Positions 62,151 to 64,000 of a stretch of DNA of 64,000 nucleotides are shown in pieces. The stretch comes from Podarcis vaucheri (lineage: Eukaryota). Made by a program: the position numbers and the translations under genes. Numbering within the stretch: position 1 is the stretch's first letter; each line of letters starts with the position of its first letter. The stretch lies in the NCBI GenBank assembly GCA_965113315.1, contig OZ220372.1; one strand, given 5' to 3'. The notes under the pieces are model-generated. The model worked only from the letters and a program-made list of their open reading frames with translations, was not told the origin of the DNA and did not search any database.

Positions 62151-62382
62151 CTGTGGTACCTCGGGTTAAGAACTTAATTCGTTCTGGAGGTCCGTTCTTA
62201 ACCTGAAACTGTTCTTAACCTGAGGTACTGTACCACTTTAGCTAATGGGGCCTCCCGCTGCTGCCCGTGCCACCGCCACATAATTTCTGTTCTCGTCCTG
62301 AAGCAAAGTTCTTAACCCGAGGTACTATTTCTGGGTTAGCGGAGTTTGTAACCTGAAGCGTCTGTAACCCGAGGTACCACTG
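62151..62382 (-). mobile_element. MITE family A, copy 6
   Basis: TIRs and TA TSD. Confidence 0.88.
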
Positions 62383-64000
62383 TATAAATGTTTTATTGGG
62401 GTTTATAATATGGGCCACATTCGGTTACAAATTGTGATGGTTTTTGCTTAGTAGTTTGAGAATGACTTGTGCACAAATCAGCACTTTTATCTAGCACAAG
62501 CTTGCGATATTTAGCGTCTGTTGTAAAAGACGTTTTAAATACCTTCCAACCGTGGTTACTACCTCCTGGCTTCATCAATAATAGATGCACCTTACATTAG
62601 AGCCTAGCAAGGCTGTAAAGCTTCCTTGCTGCTGCATGAGTTAGATGGGCAGAGGTATCCTATACGCGCATAACACCGGGGCAATGCCACTGTGGGAGGA
62701 GAACATGCAGCCTAGCAAATGCATGTTTAACCTGGGAGGGGAGAAGGAAATCACACAAACAGATGTCCTTGGAAACGCCACCAGTGTCTACTGATCAGTG
62801 TCTACTGTGCAGAAGCTGACAATCTGTCCAGGCACAGAGGGAGCCAATGATTTCACAGCGATAGGGATGTGTCCATAGCACACATGCCTCTTGACTGCAA
62901 CATAAGCAACAATGCCACGGAGCCCCTCTCCACCAGCCTCATGATCCCCAGGCATACACACACATATATCCAGGCAGATGTGAAAATCCTTCCATGCTCT
63001 GTAAGGGACGACAGTAACTGTCAGTTTTGGTTCCTCCGAGTTCCTCATTTTTCCAATTTTAAATTCAGTTATCCACATTTCCACAGCAGTTTGCAAAAAA
63101 TTAATAATAATCAAAAAATCCTCCTGAAAATTCATCAGCATTGGAGTGTGAATTTCTCCCAACATGCACATGTCTGCATGACATTTTACCTACTATAACA
63201 GATTTCTGCAAAGCAAATTCCCCTAATGTAATGCGTTTTTTGTATGTTACCTTCACTAATGTAACATGCAGCTTTTTAGAAAGAAAAATTGAAGCAGTTG
63301 AGGAGACTGAGAATTAATGGGTTCACAGCATGCTTCAAGCAGGATCTTAAACCTTCCTCCCTCTATTGTGGTTCCAGAAGAAAATGCCTCCTCTGAACCT
63401 TGTATGGGGAGAACATTTCCCCATTGGTGCATCACAGCAGCTGTGGAAAATTTAACCCTTTCCTCCCTTGCCATGGTCCCCATGAAAAACAACTTCTCAG
63501 AAGCTGCTATTTGCATGGGGGGGCGGGGAACCCCTCCATCTGTGCCAATGGGATATTTCCTCTCCCGCCACCAATGCAAATAACAGCTTCCGAGAAGCCA
63601 TTTTTAAATTCGGACTACAGCAGGGCAGGGGAGGAGTTACATTCTCCGCACATGCTCTTATCTGCTTAAATATCAACCCCACACACCCCACCCAAATTGA
63701 TGCAATTTGCATTTTGGATACAAAGACACATTCAATATCACAAGTAATTGTTGGGATACTGCCAGGGAGATAAAGTCCATCATGGCCCCCAAGCCGGCTG
63801 CCATCGATCTCCCGTAGGCACGCAGTATCAGCAATTAGTGACATGAGCTCCAGAAATAGCCTGCCACATTCTAGAGCTGATGCACACTCTCTATCAGCAG
63901 ATAATGCACAGCAGAAGTCGCACTCAGGACAGCATTATTTACAAGTTTTATTCTGCGTTGATCAGAACAAAGAAAAACATGACTGCCTGCTTCAGTGTCT

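Overview
Vertebrate genomic DNA from a squamate, most likely a lacertid lizard. This rests on Sauria SINEs, BovB, and CR1/L2/L1 content. Two spliced protein-coding genes can be reconstructed on the minus strand in the conserved vertebrate order (IFNG-IL26)-IL22-MDM1-(RAP1B). IL22 has 5 coding exons (CDS 4397-7605, 199 aa) plus a probable short non-coding first exon. MDM1 has 15 coding exons (CDS 22651-41642, about 755 aa) and a CpG-island promoter near 41.3-42.1 kb. The rest is intronic or intergenic and rich in transposable elements: a young 5'-truncated CR1 with an intact 470-aa RT ORF, L1/L2/BovB fragments with target-site duplications (TSDs), Sauria SINEs, several MITE families (one present six times), three LTRs and a Helentron-like element. 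I found no CRISPR array, rRNA, true tRNA gene or prokaryote-type system. The most interesting signals concern IL22 regulation: an ORF-bearing solo LTR in the proximal promoter, an overlapping ERE/RORE, STAT and AhR motifs, a RUNX/ROR/AP-1/kB motif cluster about 4 kb upstream, and an AU-rich 3'UTR. Gene and repeat identities come from my recognition of the sequences, not from database searches.
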